DNA of 64,000 nucleotides from Chloroflexota bacterium (GTDB taxonomy: Bacteria > Chloroflexota > UBA11872 > VXOZ01). Where the stretch lies: assembly GCA_963662335.2 (NCBI GenBank), contig CAXXVD010000002.1:802877-866876 (forward strand). Reading direction: 5' to 3'. The position numbers and the translations under genes are program-made. A model generated the notes under the pieces. It saw nothing but the letters and a program-made list of their open reading frames with translations, was not told where the DNA came from and searched no databases. Below, piece after piece: positions 54,662 through 64,000 of this stretch (position 1 is its first letter; each line of letters begins with the position of its first letter).

Positions 54662-56611
54662 CTATTCCGCCTGCGCGGTCGCCGCGGCCGCGGCCTGTTC
54701 CGCCGGCACGCCGTCCGCAGCGGCCGGCCCCGCCTCATCGGCGTCTTCGGCCTGGGACGGATCGCCTACCGGCGGGCTTGCGGCCGGCGCAGCCGGCGCC
54801 TGCGCGCCCTTCATGCGGTCCACCAGGCGGCGCAACTGTTGGTCGTCGGGCGCAACGGCCAGTCCCGCCTCGCCTGCCGCCAACGCCTCGGCCTCGTTGT
54901 CGGATTCCAGGTGCGTCCAGACCAACATGCGGTGGAGAAAGGCCTGCGCGGGCGTATCGTTGGCCTGCGCCGCCAACTTCAGCGCCTGGTTGAATTGCTC
55001 CAGCGCGTCCGCAAACTTGCCGCGCTCGTAGCAGATGCGGCCCAGCACGGCCACCGGCAGGTGACTATCGGGGTTGTCGAGCACAAGCTGTTCCGCCACC
55101 ATCGCCGCCCGCGTATGCTCGCCGGCCACGGCCAGTTGCTGCGCCAAAGCCAGCGCCACGTCCACGTTCTCCGCATCCTGCCGCGCCGCTTCTTCCAGCG
55201 CCGCCAGCGACTCCTGATGTTCGCCGCGCAGCATGTGCTGGAAGGCCAGGGCCATGCCCGCGGCCACAGAGACCGGCGGGGACTCTGGGCGGGCGCGCTC
55301 CGCAGGCGCGGAATCTGCCGCAGACCGCTCCGCAGGCCCGGATTCTGCCGCAGGCCGCTCCGCGCTCGGCGCTTCGGGTTCCTTCTCTTTTGCGGGCGCG
55401 TCCGCGCGCTGCTCCGGCTGCGGCCGCTTTCTACTGCCGCTATCCCGCCCGGCGGCAGCCTGCGCTTCCGGCCGGGCCGAGCCTGCCGCCGCGCGCGGCT
55501 GACGGCTTTGCGGCGCTTGGCGGGACCGCGTTCCGCGTCCCCGCTGGTTTTGCGGCTGGCCGTTACTGCTCTTGGCGGCGCGCTCCAACTCCTGCTTGCG
55601 CGCCTGCACGTCCTTATACCGGCTATCCAGTCCGCTGCAACGGGTGTAGGCTTCCAGCGCCTTCTCGGCTTCGTCCAGTTTCTCGTAGACCTGCCCCAGA
55701 TCGTAGAACACTTCCGGATCGTCGTCTTGTTGGCGCGCCACGTCTTCCAACTCGCTGGCTGCTTCGCCGTGGCGTCCCAACGCGGCCAGGCTGAGCGCCA
55801 GCCGGTGGCGGTAGCGCGCCAGGCGCGGCATCAACCGCGCGGCCTGCGAGAAGTGGTTCAGCGCCTGCGACAACTCGTTGCGCTCGTACGCGCTGCGGCC
55901 CAGGCTGTACAGGCGGGCGGCAAGCAGGTTGCGGTCCACGTGCGTATCCAGCGTTTCGCCCAGCGGCAGGGCCGGCTGCGCGAATTGCGCCTGGTCGGCC
56001 TTATCCTTCTCGTGCTCGATCACGAGCGAGAGCAGCAGCCCGAGGTCGATAACGCCGTCGGCCACCAGTTTCAAGCCGGGATCGCTGCCCACGCCAAAGT
56101 TGCCCACCAGCACCTGGACGCCCCGGTCCCGCAGGCGTGAGAACACCGGGATGAAGTCGCCGTCCCCGGTGAGCGCAAACGCCTTGTCGTAGAACCCGAT
56201 GAAATCGAGCATGTCCAGCGACATCTCGATGTCCAGGTTGCCCTTGTAGCCGCCGCCGGGCAGTTCTTTCGACCGCTTGTGCACGACGCGAAAGCCGTGC
56301 GTCACCAGGTAGTCGAGATGCTGGCGAAAACCCTCCACCCGCAGGTCGGTGCCCGTATAGTAGAAAGCTCCCAGGAGCGTATCCGTTCCGCGGAGCTGGT
56401 CGCGCACCAGGTGCCACGGCACTCGCATGATGCCGATGTCCCGGGCCTGGCGTTCAATGTTGGCCGCGTCGATGAAGATCATCAGACGTTGCGGCTGGGT
56501 TGACTGTAGCTGCGTGCCGATTGCGGATCTTTGCGATTCCAGCGAGTGCCCGCAGGCAACGCAGATGAGGCTGTTTCCTCTATTCAGACTTCCACAGGTT
56601 GGACAATTCAT
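54662..56611 (-). CDS. Zn-ribbon + NYN (LabA/DUF88) nuclease + TPR repeat protein
   Basis: CPTC...CVAC; IFIDAAN...KGNLDIEMSLD...LTGDGDF; two TPR blocks separated by a low-complexity linker. Confidence 0.8.
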   Translation of the reverse strand: MNCPTCGSLNRGNSLICVACGHSLESQRSAIGTQLQSTQPQRLMIFIDAANIERQARDIGIMRVPWHLVRDQLRGTDTLLGAFYYTGTDLRVEGFRQHLDYLVTHGFRVVHKRSKELPGGGYKGNLDIEMSLDMLDFIGFYDKAFALTGDGDFIPVFSRLRDRGVQVLVGNFGVGSDPGLKLVADGVIDLGLLLSLVIEHEKDKADQAQFAQPALPLGETLDTHVDRNLLAARLYSLGRSAYERNELSQALNHFSQAARLMPRLARYRHRLALSLAALGRHGEAASELEDVARQQDDDPEVFYDLGQVYEKLDEAEKALEAYTRCSGLDSRYKDVQARKQELERAAKSSNGQPQNQRGRGTRSRQAPQSRQPRAAAGSARPEAQAAAGRDSGSRKRPQPEQRADAPAKEKEPEAPSAERPAAESGPAERSAADSAPAERARPESPPVSVAAGMALAFQHMLRGEHQESLAALEEAARQDAENVDVALALAQQLAVAGEHTRAAMVAEQLVLDNPDSHLPVAVLGRICYERGKFADALEQFNQALKLAAQANDTPAQAFLHRMLVWTHLESDNEAEALAAGEAGLAVAPDDQQLRRLVDRMKGAQAPAAPAASPPVGDPSQAEDADEAGPAAADGVPAEQAAAAATAQAE

Positions 56612-56774
56612 TACGATACGTCGTGCCTCGCGCTTTCCAATTTGCTTTGCTCTACCCGGGTCGCGTGTCCCGCGCGCCCGTTGCTGGTATGATACCACAG
56701 CCTACGCCAGGCGGTGATACGGCAAAAATCGCGGCGGCCCCGCCAGCGGTCAGGGCAGCCACCAGGAAGCAGCA

Positions 56775-57644
56775 ATGACGCGAGCGCAGACGACGCTTAA
56801 CGTGGGCGTCACCGGCTATCCTCTGACGCACACGATCTCGCCCGCCTTCCAACAGCCGGCGTTCGACCACTACGGCATACCCGCGTCCTACCGCCCGTAT
56901 CCGGTGACGGCGGACGCGCTGCCGGACCTCATCGCCGCGCTGCGCGAACCGGACTGGCTCGGCCTCAACGTAACCATTCCCCACAAAGAGGCGGTGAAAG
57001 ACTTGCTGGACAGCTGCACCGCCGCGGCGGAGACCATCGGCGCCGTCAACACGCTCTTCAAGGAGAACGGAGAACTCATTGGCGACAACACCGACGCCCA
57101 TGGCTTCTTAACCGCGCTCCGGACCGACGGCGGCGCAGACCCCGCCGGCGCGCGCGTGCTGGCGCTGGGGGCGGGCGGCGCGGGACGCGCCGTGCTGGCA
57201 GCCCTGGCCCAGGCCGGCGCGGCGCAAATCACGCTGGCGAACCGCCATCGCGCGCGCGCCGAAGACCTGCTGGCGGCGCTGGCGGGAGCGCTGCGCGCGC
57301 AGGATACCGCCGTGATGGACTGGGATAGCCCGGCATTGCGCCAGGCCGCGTCTGCCGCCGACATCATCGTGAACTCCACCGCCGTGGGCATGGCTAAGGG
57401 GCCCGCGCCGGAACTTTCACCCTTGCCGCCGGAGGTGTTCCACGACGGCCACGTGGTCTTCGACCTGGTCTACACACCGCGTCTCACGCCCCTGCTCCGC
57501 CACGCGCAGGCAGGCGGCGCGCGCGCGCTGGACGGCCTGCCTATGCTCGTCTACCAGGGCGCCGCCGCCTTCGAACGCTGGACAGGAAAGCCCGCGCCCC
57601 TTAAACTGATGAAGGCCAAGGCGCTCGCCGCCCTTGGCGCATGA
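56775..57644 (+). CDS. aroE: Shikimate dehydrogenase
   Basis: GYPLTHTISP, GLNVTIPHK, GAVNT, GDNTD, GAGGAGRA, DLVYTP, GLPMLVYQG. Confidence 0.95.
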   Translation: MTRAQTTLNVGVTGYPLTHTISPAFQQPAFDHYGIPASYRPYPVTADALPDLIAALREPDWLGLNVTIPHKEAVKDLLDSCTAAAETIGAVNTLFKENGELIGDNTDAHGFLTALRTDGGADPAGARVLALGAGGAGRAVLAALAQAGAAQITLANRHRARAEDLLAALAGALRAQDTAVMDWDSPALRQAASAADIIVNSTAVGMAKGPAPELSPLPPEVFHDGHVVFDLVYTPRLTPLLRHAQAGGARALDGLPMLVYQGAAAFERWTGKPAPLKLMKAKALAALGA

Positions 57645-58082
57645 GCGCAATGCAACAGGCTCCGCCACTATGGGATAGGCATCGCCACTACGGGATAGGC
57701 TTTGCCACCGAGGGATAGGCGCCGTCACTTTGAGATTAGGTTCCGTCACCATTGCAGTTGGGTCCGTCACTGCTCTGAAAACAGCCTAACCAAGCCGTTC
57801 GCCCTGAGCATCGTCGAAGGGTGAACGGCGGAGTGAACGGGCAGAACTACGCCGCACCCCACTCTCCGTTCACGCTTCGACAAGCTCAACACGAACGGAG
57901 AGAGGTGAGTTGATTGTCATTCGCTTGTGTGGCCGGTGCACGGCCTTGGTGATTCCCGCTTTCGCGGGAATCCACCAGCCTGCGAGACAACCAAGAGGCG
58001 GGGGACAAGCCCCCGCGCTACGTTCCGTCATTTCTGTCCACGCGGGGATGAAGCTTGACTGTGAGTGTGACACTTAACTATC

Positions 58083-59258
58083 GTGCTACGCATACTCAAA
58101 ATCCTCACCGCCGGTGAATCCCACGGCCAGGGGCTGGTGACCATCGTGGAGGGCATGCCGTCCGGCTTGCCGATTGCGGCGGAAGAAATCGGCCGCCACA
58201 TGACCCGCCGCCAGCAGGGGTACGGGCGCGGCCGCCGCCAGCAGATCGAGAAGGACGCCGCCGAAATCCTCTCCGGCGTGCGCCACGGCCTGAGCATCGG
58301 CAGTCCCATTGCCATGTTGGTGAATAACAAGGACTGGGACAACTGGCAGGAGATCATGGCGGTGGAGCCGGTGGACAAGCCGGTGAAGAAGGTGACCCAC
58401 CTGCGGCCCGGCCACGCGGATCTGGTGGGCGTCCTGAAGTACAACGTCGATGACATTCGCCCTATTCTGGAACGCTCCAGCGCCCGCGAAACGGCGGCGC
58501 GCCTGGCGGCTTCCGGCGTTTGCCGCGCCCTGCTGAGCCACTTCGGCATCAAGATCGCCAGTTACGTTTCCGTGCTCGGACCGATCGAGATCGACGCCAA
58601 GTATGAGGTCACCCAGAACCCGGAAGCCGTCGATTGGGACGCGCTGGAAGCAGACCCGCTGCGCTGTCCCGATCCTGAAGCGAGCAAGCAGATGGTGGCG
58701 CTCATCGACGAGATGAAGGCGGCCGGCGACAGCCTGGGCGGCGTCTACAACGTGGTGGCGTGGGGTGTGCCCATCGGCCTGGGCAGCCACGTCTTTTGGG
58801 AACGGCGCCTGGACTCCCGCCTGGCGGCGGCGATTCTCTCCATCAACGCCACGAAAGGCGTTGAGTTCGGCCCGGCGTTCCAGAACGCGCGGCGGCAGGG
58901 CTCCCAGGTGCAGGACCAGATTCGCTTTGAGAAAGGCCGGGGCTTCTCCCGCCTCAGCAACCGCGCCGGCGGCCTGGAAGCCGGCATCAGCAACGGCGAA
59001 CCGCTGCTGGTGCGCGGGGCGCTCAAGCCGATTTCCACGATTCGCAGCCCGCTGCCCTCAGTAGACCTGGCCACCCTGGAACCGGCGCAAGCCCACTACG
59101 AACGCGCCGACACCACCGCCGTGCCGGCCGCAGGCGTGATTGGCGAGGCCATGGTGGCGATGGTGCTCGCCGACGCGTTTCTCGAAAAGTTCGGCGGCGA
59201 CAGCCTGGCGGAGGTCGAGCGCAACTACCGGGGCTACATGGAAGGGCTGCCACAATAG
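58083..59258 (+). CDS. aroC: Chorismate synthase
   Basis: TAGESHG, RRQQGYGRG, RPGHAD, ERSSARETA, NRAGGLEAGISNG, KPIST. Confidence 0.97.
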   Translation: MLRILKILTAGESHGQGLVTIVEGMPSGLPIAAEEIGRHMTRRQQGYGRGRRQQIEKDAAEILSGVRHGLSIGSPIAMLVNNKDWDNWQEIMAVEPVDKPVKKVTHLRPGHADLVGVLKYNVDDIRPILERSSARETAARLAASGVCRALLSHFGIKIASYVSVLGPIEIDAKYEVTQNPEAVDWDALEADPLRCPDPEASKQMVALIDEMKAAGDSLGGVYNVVAWGVPIGLGSHVFWERRLDSRLAAAILSINATKGVEFGPAFQNARRQGSQVQDQIRFEKGRGFSRLSNRAGGLEAGISNGEPLLVRGALKPISTIRSPLPSVDLATLEPAQAHYERADTTAVPAAGVIGEAMVAMVLADAFLEKFGGDSLAEVERNYRGYMEGLPQ

Positions 59259-59779
59259 AGAGCGTAGTACTCATCGGCCTTTCGGGCACGGGCAAGTCCA
59301 CCGTGGGCAGGCTGCTGGCGCGCAAACTGCGCTGGCGCTTCGTCGATACCGACACCGAAATCGAGCGGCAGGAGTCTCCCGCGCGCATTACCCAGATCTT
59401 CCAGGAGCGCGGCGAAGCGTACTTTCGCGAGCTTGAACGGCGCGTGGTGCGCGACCTCTGCGCCCATCGGCAACACGTCGTCAGCACCGGCGGCGGGGCC
59501 GTGCTGGATGCGGAGAATCGCGCCGCCATGCGCGCCGACAACCTGGTAATCTGGCTCCGCGCTACGCCCGAGACCATCTTCAAGCGGCTGAAGTGGAGCG
59601 TCCACACCCGCCCGCTGCTCAAAGACCCCGATCCCCTGGGGAAGATTCGCGCCATGGCGGCGGAGCGGCACGATTCCTACCGCCGGGCGTGCCACGTAAC
59701 GGCGGCTACGGACGGCATGAGCCACGAGGACGCGGCGGAGTTGCTGCGCCGGAAGGTGGACGCATGGAAGAAACCCTGA
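59255..59779 (+). CDS. aroK: Shikimate kinase (probable non-canonical ATA start)
   Basis: In-frame extension IESVVLIGLSGTGKSTVG restores the P-loop; FVDTD, GEAYFRELE, STGGG, RPLL. Confidence 0.9.
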   Translation: MESVVLIGLSGTGKSTVGRLLARKLRWRFVDTDTEIERQESPARITQIFQERGEAYFRELERRVVRDLCAHRQHVVSTGGGAVLDAENRAAMRADNLVIWLRATPETIFKRLKWSVHTRPLLKDPDPLGKIRAMAAERHDSYRRACHVTAATDGMSHEDAAELLRRKVDAWKKP

Positions 59780-60813
59780 TCGGCCGCGACGTCCTGCCCG
59801 ATATTTCCGGCGCATTGGCGCGCCACGGCATCGACGGACGGCTCTTCATCATCGCCGACGAGCGTGTGGCGGAGCGCACGGATAACTCGCTGGCGCAGAC
59901 GCTGGCGGCGAACGGGCATGACGTGGCCACGTACCTCGTGCCGGCCGGCGAGGAGAGCAAGAACCTGCGCCAGGCCGAGCGCATCTACCATTGGCTGGCG
60001 GAGCGGCGCGCCGAGCGCAAGGAGGCGATCCTGGCCTTTGGCGGCGGCGTGGTGGGCGACCTGGCCGGTTTCGTCGCCGCCACCTACTTGCGCGGCATGA
60101 CCCTGGTGCAGGTTCCCACCACCCTGGTGGCGCAGATCGACAGCAGCATCGGCGGCAAGGTGGCGGTGGACCTGCCGGAAGGCAAGAACCTGGTCGGTGC
60201 GTTCTATCCGTCGCTGCTCACGTGCATCGACACCCGCTTCCTGGAAACGCTCGCCCCACGAGATCTGCTGGCCGGTTGGGCGGAGGTCGTCAAGACGGCG
60301 CTGCTCTTCGATGCGCCGCTCTTCGCGGAGATAGCCGCCAGAGGCCCCGCCGACCTGACGCCGGCGTTCCTGCTGGAGGTGGTGCCGCGCTGCGTGCGCT
60401 GGAAGCAGCAGGTGGTGGCGGAAGACCCCAAAGAGCAAGGCATCCGCGCGCTGCTCAACTACGGCCACACCATCGGCCACGCCCTGGAAGCCGCCACCGG
60501 CTACCAGACCTACCTCCACGGCGAGGCGGTCGCCATCGGCATGAGCGGCGCGGCGCGCATCGCCCGCGAACTCGGCCTGTTGAGAGATGCGGCCTTCGCG
60601 GAGCAACAGCGCGTGATCGCCCAGTACGCGCTGCCGGTGCAGTACGCCGGGGCGGATCCCGCTGCTATCCACGACGCGATCGCGCTGGACAAGAAGAACC
60701 GCCAGGGCCGCGTGCGCTGGATTCTGCTGGAAGAGATCGGCAAACCGCGCATTGAGAGCGCCGTGCCGCAAGCGCTCGTGCGCCAGGTTCTGGCGGAACT
60801 GCGGGCAAGCTGA
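59764..60813 (+). CDS. aroB: 3-dehydroquinate synthase
   Basis: GEESKN, GGGVVGDLAGF, VPTTLVAQIDSSIGGK, KNLVGAF, LNYGHTIGHALE, HGEAVAIG, DKK. Confidence 0.96.
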   Translation: MEETLIGRDVLPDISGALARHGIDGRLFIIADERVAERTDNSLAQTLAANGHDVATYLVPAGEESKNLRQAERIYHWLAERRAERKEAILAFGGGVVGDLAGFVAATYLRGMTLVQVPTTLVAQIDSSIGGKVAVDLPEGKNLVGAFYPSLLTCIDTRFLETLAPRDLLAGWAEVVKTALLFDAPLFAEIAARGPADLTPAFLLEVVPRCVRWKQQVVAEDPKEQGIRALLNYGHTIGHALEAATGYQTYLHGEAVAIGMSGAARIARELGLLRDAAFAEQQRVIAQYALPVQYAGADPAAIHDAIALDKKNRQGRVRWILLEEIGKPRIESAVPQALVRQVLAELRAS

Positions 60814-60968
60814 ACCGCTAGGCAACGCGGCGCGCCCAGAGCCGTTCGCCTTGAGCTTGTCGAAAGGTGAACGGCGGGACGGAAGTTCCGCTCCGCGCTT
60901 TTCGTTTGTACTTCGACAGGATCAGTACGAACGGAGGGAGGAAGCACAGTTGACCTTACATTAGGCCG

Positions 60969-61146
60969 GCGGGGGGACAAGCCCCCGCGCTACGTCCGCC
61001 GGCCAAGAGGCGGGGGACAAGCCCCCCTACGTCCGCCGGCCAAGAGGCGGGGGACAAGCCCCCCCTACGTCCGCCGGCCAAGAGGCGGGGGACAAGCCCC
61101 CGCGCTACGTTAGTGCGACCCCATTGAGGACTAGCCCCCGCGCTAC
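60969..61146. repeat. Tandem array of GTAG-type REP units (~37-40 bp period, four copies plus a partial)
   Basis: GCGGGGGACAAGCCCCC(GCG)CTAC separated by the identical linker GTCCGCCGGCCAAGAG. Confidence 0.85.
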
Positions 61147-61320
61147 GTTCACAAGCGTGTCCGTTCGTCCTGAGCCTGTCGAAGGATGAACGGACACGCG
61201 CCGTTCCGAGAGAGCATCTCCTTCATCAAGAAGGCCAAACAGAGCGCCGCCTATGCGCATAGCTGGTAGAATGGAGAGCGTAGTTCGCTAACCGAATACT
61301 TTACATAACCGAGGTAACCA

Positions 61321-61657
61321 ATGGCACAATTCATCTTCTTCTACCGCGCCACGCCGGACGCCATGCAGGCGCATGGGCAGCGCCGCGCCGGAGCAGCAGC
61401 AGGCGCACATGGCCAAGTGGCAGGCGTGGACGCAGCAGAACGCGGAGGCGCTGCTGAATGCCGGCACACCCTTGAGCGGCGGGCAAGTTCTGACCGCCAC
61501 TGGCGACGCTGACGTAGACGGTACCATGATGGGATACGCAATCGTGCAGGCCGAGGACATGGACGCGGCCCAGGCGATACTAAAGACCGACCCATTCCTC
61601 GCCCAAGGCGAGGGGTGTTCCATCGAGGTCTATGAGTGTATGTCCATGCCGTCGTAG
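61321..61657 (+). pseudogene. YCII-related protein split by a +1 frameshift near 61370 (pseudogene or assembly error)
   Basis: SD GAGGT; MAQFIFFYRATPDAMQA joins MGSAAPEQQQAHMAKWQAW...GTPL...GYAIVQAEDMDAA...PFL...SIEVYE in another frame. Confidence 0.7.
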
Positions 61658-61704
61658 GCGCGCCATAGGTTAGGCGCGCCGCTCGCGCAAGGAGGCCAGG
61701 TGTC

Positions 61705-61900
61705 ATGAGTTGGCGCTCATCGTACTCGGATCCGAACCGCAACGACATCTTCAACGGCACGGCCTTCTGCGTGGGCCTGAGTCTCGGCCTCATGGACGGG
61801 CGCGCTGCTGGGCGCCGCCACCGGCAACCTCGCCGTAGGTCTTGCCCTTGGTTATATCTATGGTCTGAGCATCGGGCTTCTCTTCAGCGTCACGTGGTAA
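61705..61900 (+). pseudogene. Small Gly-rich membrane protein with frameshift near 61795
   Basis: SD AGGAGG; ...GLSLGLM continues in another frame as GALLGAATGNLAVGLALGYIYGLSIGLLFSVTW*. Confidence 0.55.
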
Positions 61901-61936
61901 GGCGCGGCCCGTTGCCGCAATGCAAGTGAGGACAAC

Positions 61937-62917
61937 ATGGAGTATCGACAGCTTGGCGCCACCGGCGTGCGCGTCTCCGCCATTTCCTACGGCACCTTCC
62001 CCCTCGGCACGTACACCGACACCGCCGCGGGCGTGCGCATGATACACGCCGCTATGGAGCGGGGCGTGAACTTCATCGATACCGCCAACGTCTACTTCAA
62101 AGGCCGCTCGGAGGAAATCGTGGGCGCGGCCTTGAAGGGACGCCGCCACGAGGTCGTGCTCGCCAGCAAGTTCGGCCACCCGATGGGGGACGGCCCCAAC
62201 GAACGCGGCTCCTCGCGCTACCACATCTACCGGGAGGTCGAGGGATCGTTGCGGCGCTTGCGGACCGACTGCATCGACGTCTACTACATTCACATCCCGG
62301 ACCCCACCACGCCGCTGGAAGAGACTATCCGCGCGCTGGACGACCTGGTGCAACAGGGCAAAGTGCGCTACACCGGCACGTCGCACTTTGCCGCCTGGCA
62401 GATCGCCCACGGCCTGCGACTGGCGGAGCGCAACCGGCTGACGCCCTGGGTGGTGGAGCAGCCGCGCTACTGCTTGATCGACCGTGCGATCGAACAAGAG
62501 GTTGTGCCGATGGCGCAGGCGCTCGGCATCGGCATCGTGGCGCACAGCCCGCTCGGCGGCGGCTTCCTCACCGGCAAGTACAAGCTGGGCGCGCCCCCGC
62601 CGCCGGACTCACGGTTTGCCGCGCGGCCGGACGGCATTACGTCGCTGCCGCAGCACTACGACCGCATGATGTCCGCGCCAAATCTCGCCGTGGTGGAGAT
62701 GCTGCGCGAGCTTGCGGGGGAGTACGGCGCCACGCCCAGCGCCATTGCCCTGGCATGGGTGGTAGCCCAGCCGTTCGTCTCATCCGCCATCATCGGCCCC
62801 AAGAATCACTTCCAACTCGAGGACAACCTCGCGGCCGCGGCCGTCGCGCTCAGCCCGGCGGACGTGGCGCGCCTGGACGCCGTCTCCGACTTTGCCCGCG
62901 GCCTGGTGCGCACGTAG
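61937..62917 (+). CDS. Aldo/keto reductase
   Basis: GVNFIDTANVY..GRSEEIVG, SLRRLRTDCIDVY, GKVRY.G.S, SPLGGGFLTGKY. Confidence 0.93.
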   Translation: MEYRQLGATGVRVSAISYGTFPLGTYTDTAAGVRMIHAAMERGVNFIDTANVYFKGRSEEIVGAALKGRRHEVVLASKFGHPMGDGPNERGSSRYHIYREVEGSLRRLRTDCIDVYYIHIPDPTTPLEETIRALDDLVQQGKVRYTGTSHFAAWQIAHGLRLAERNRLTPWVVEQPRYCLIDRAIEQEVVPMAQALGIGIVAHSPLGGGFLTGKYKLGAPPPPDSRFAARPDGITSLPQHYDRMMSAPNLAVVEMLRELAGEYGATPSAIALAWVVAQPFVSSAIIGPKNHFQLEDNLAAAAVALSPADVARLDAVSDFARGLVRT

Positions 62918-62976
62918 CGCCCGGCCTCACTCATCCGGCCGTAGCGCGGCGGCTTGTCCCCCGCCTGCGCGAGTTC

Positions 62977-63943
62977 TCATGCTGAGCAGCGGTCGAACGC
63001 GTCCGCAAAGAAGGCGGCCACTCGTTCCACGTAGGCCGCGCCCGCTATGGCGTGGGACTGGCCGTGGCCCGCACCGGGCACGATCCAGAGGTCTTTGGGT
63101 TCCGCGGCGGCCACGTAGAGTTGGTAGGCGTCCTGCACGTAGACCACGTCGTCTTCCGTGCCGTGAATGAGCAGCAGGGGGCACGACCGCGGTCCGTCTC
63201 ATGCGCGCCAACGGTTGCACCGCAGCGAGCACCGCATCGCGTCTTTCACCGGCAAAGCGGCTGGCGAACCAGACCGTGGGAGCGCGAAATATCGAGGGCG
63301 GTAGGCCGGCAATGCGCCGGAAGCCGTGGTCGATCGCCCCGCGCAGCGTCGCGAACGCGCAGTCGGTGACTAAGGCGCGCACGCCGAGCCCATCTTCGAT
63401 TGTGAGCAGCGCCGTCGCGCCGCCCATCGAAACGCCGTACACGCCGATGCGGTCCGCATCCAGGTCCGGGCGCGACCGGAGATACGCCAATGCCCCCAGC
63501 GCGTCCTGTTGCTCCCGCAGCCCCAGCGTCGTCGCCTCGCCTTCGCTCGCGCCGTGCCCGCGGAAGTCGATCAGCAGGCTCTGGAGGCCGTGTTCGCGCA
63601 AGTCATAGGCCAGATGCGTCAGGCCGAAGTGGTTCGTGCCAAAGCCGTGCAACAGCAGCACTGTGCCCACGGGACGCGGATGCGCCAGGAACCAGCCGGC
63701 AATCCGCACGCCGTCGGTAGCCGGAAACGCCAGCGGCTCCAGCGCCGGGCCGATGCCTTGGTTCTCGGAAGCGTGGCGTTCGGTATTGCCGGGGACTTCC
63801 AGGAAGCGCCAGCCGCGATCGGGATGAATCAGGGTTTCCCCCGTGCGCGCGGAAATAATGAGAACTACTCCCACCGCGCCCAGCGCCATGAGGCCGGCGA
63901 GAACGATCATCGCTACGTAGTGGTCCGCCAGGGCTTGCAGCAC
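62977..63943 (-). pseudogene. Membrane-anchored alpha/beta hydrolase with frameshift near 63185
   Basis: LLHG, DFRGHG, GVSMGG nucleophile. The C-terminus PLLLIHGTEDDVV...VPGAGHG...FF lies in another frame, ending at TGA 62977. Confidence 0.75.
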
Positions 63944-64000
63944 GCTTCTCTATTCTCTCCTCGGCCGCGCGCGGCCGGAGCGCGTCCGGTTCACGTCCGC

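Noticed and set aside
60969-61146. Possible CRISPR array
   Set aside because: The linkers are identical and only 16 bp, the repeat is the dispersed REP-A, and no cas genes are present.

Overview
High-GC bacterial chromosomal segment, most likely from a Chloroflexota MAG (inferred from gene content, a lineage-type secreted N-terminal module, and Uma2, PaREP1 and heptad-repeat accessory genes). The backbone carries hisD, comA, ilvE, panG-panB-panC, terC, parA/parB, mfd, tRNA-Pro(GGG), aroE-aroC-aroK-aroB and many sugar or organosulfur catabolic enzymes (Gfo/Idh/MocA, SDR, enolase superfamily, sulfatase-like, DegT). A sulfur-trafficking locus contains rrf2-moeB-JAB-(Uma2)-larE with yeeE-tusA nearby, and the two promoters share an operator half-site. 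Several lower-GC accessory patches sit in this backbone: a solo HsdR_N-type nuclease; a truncated HepT fused to a MauD-like fragment, followed by a Tat-exported 10-Cys peptide with a MauA-type leader but no Trp; a DUF6978-like/DUF1828-like pair; and a possible ART-fold toxin/partner pair. Intergenic space is filled with at least six short palindromic (REP-like) families and a ~163-bp TIR-bounded MITE, and one palindrome is translated in frame inside a catalytically eroded SF1 helicase-PLD fusion. aroK appears to need an AUA start overlapping the aroC stop. No CRISPR array, integrase or transposase was seen. All family assignments come from motif recognition, not database searches.
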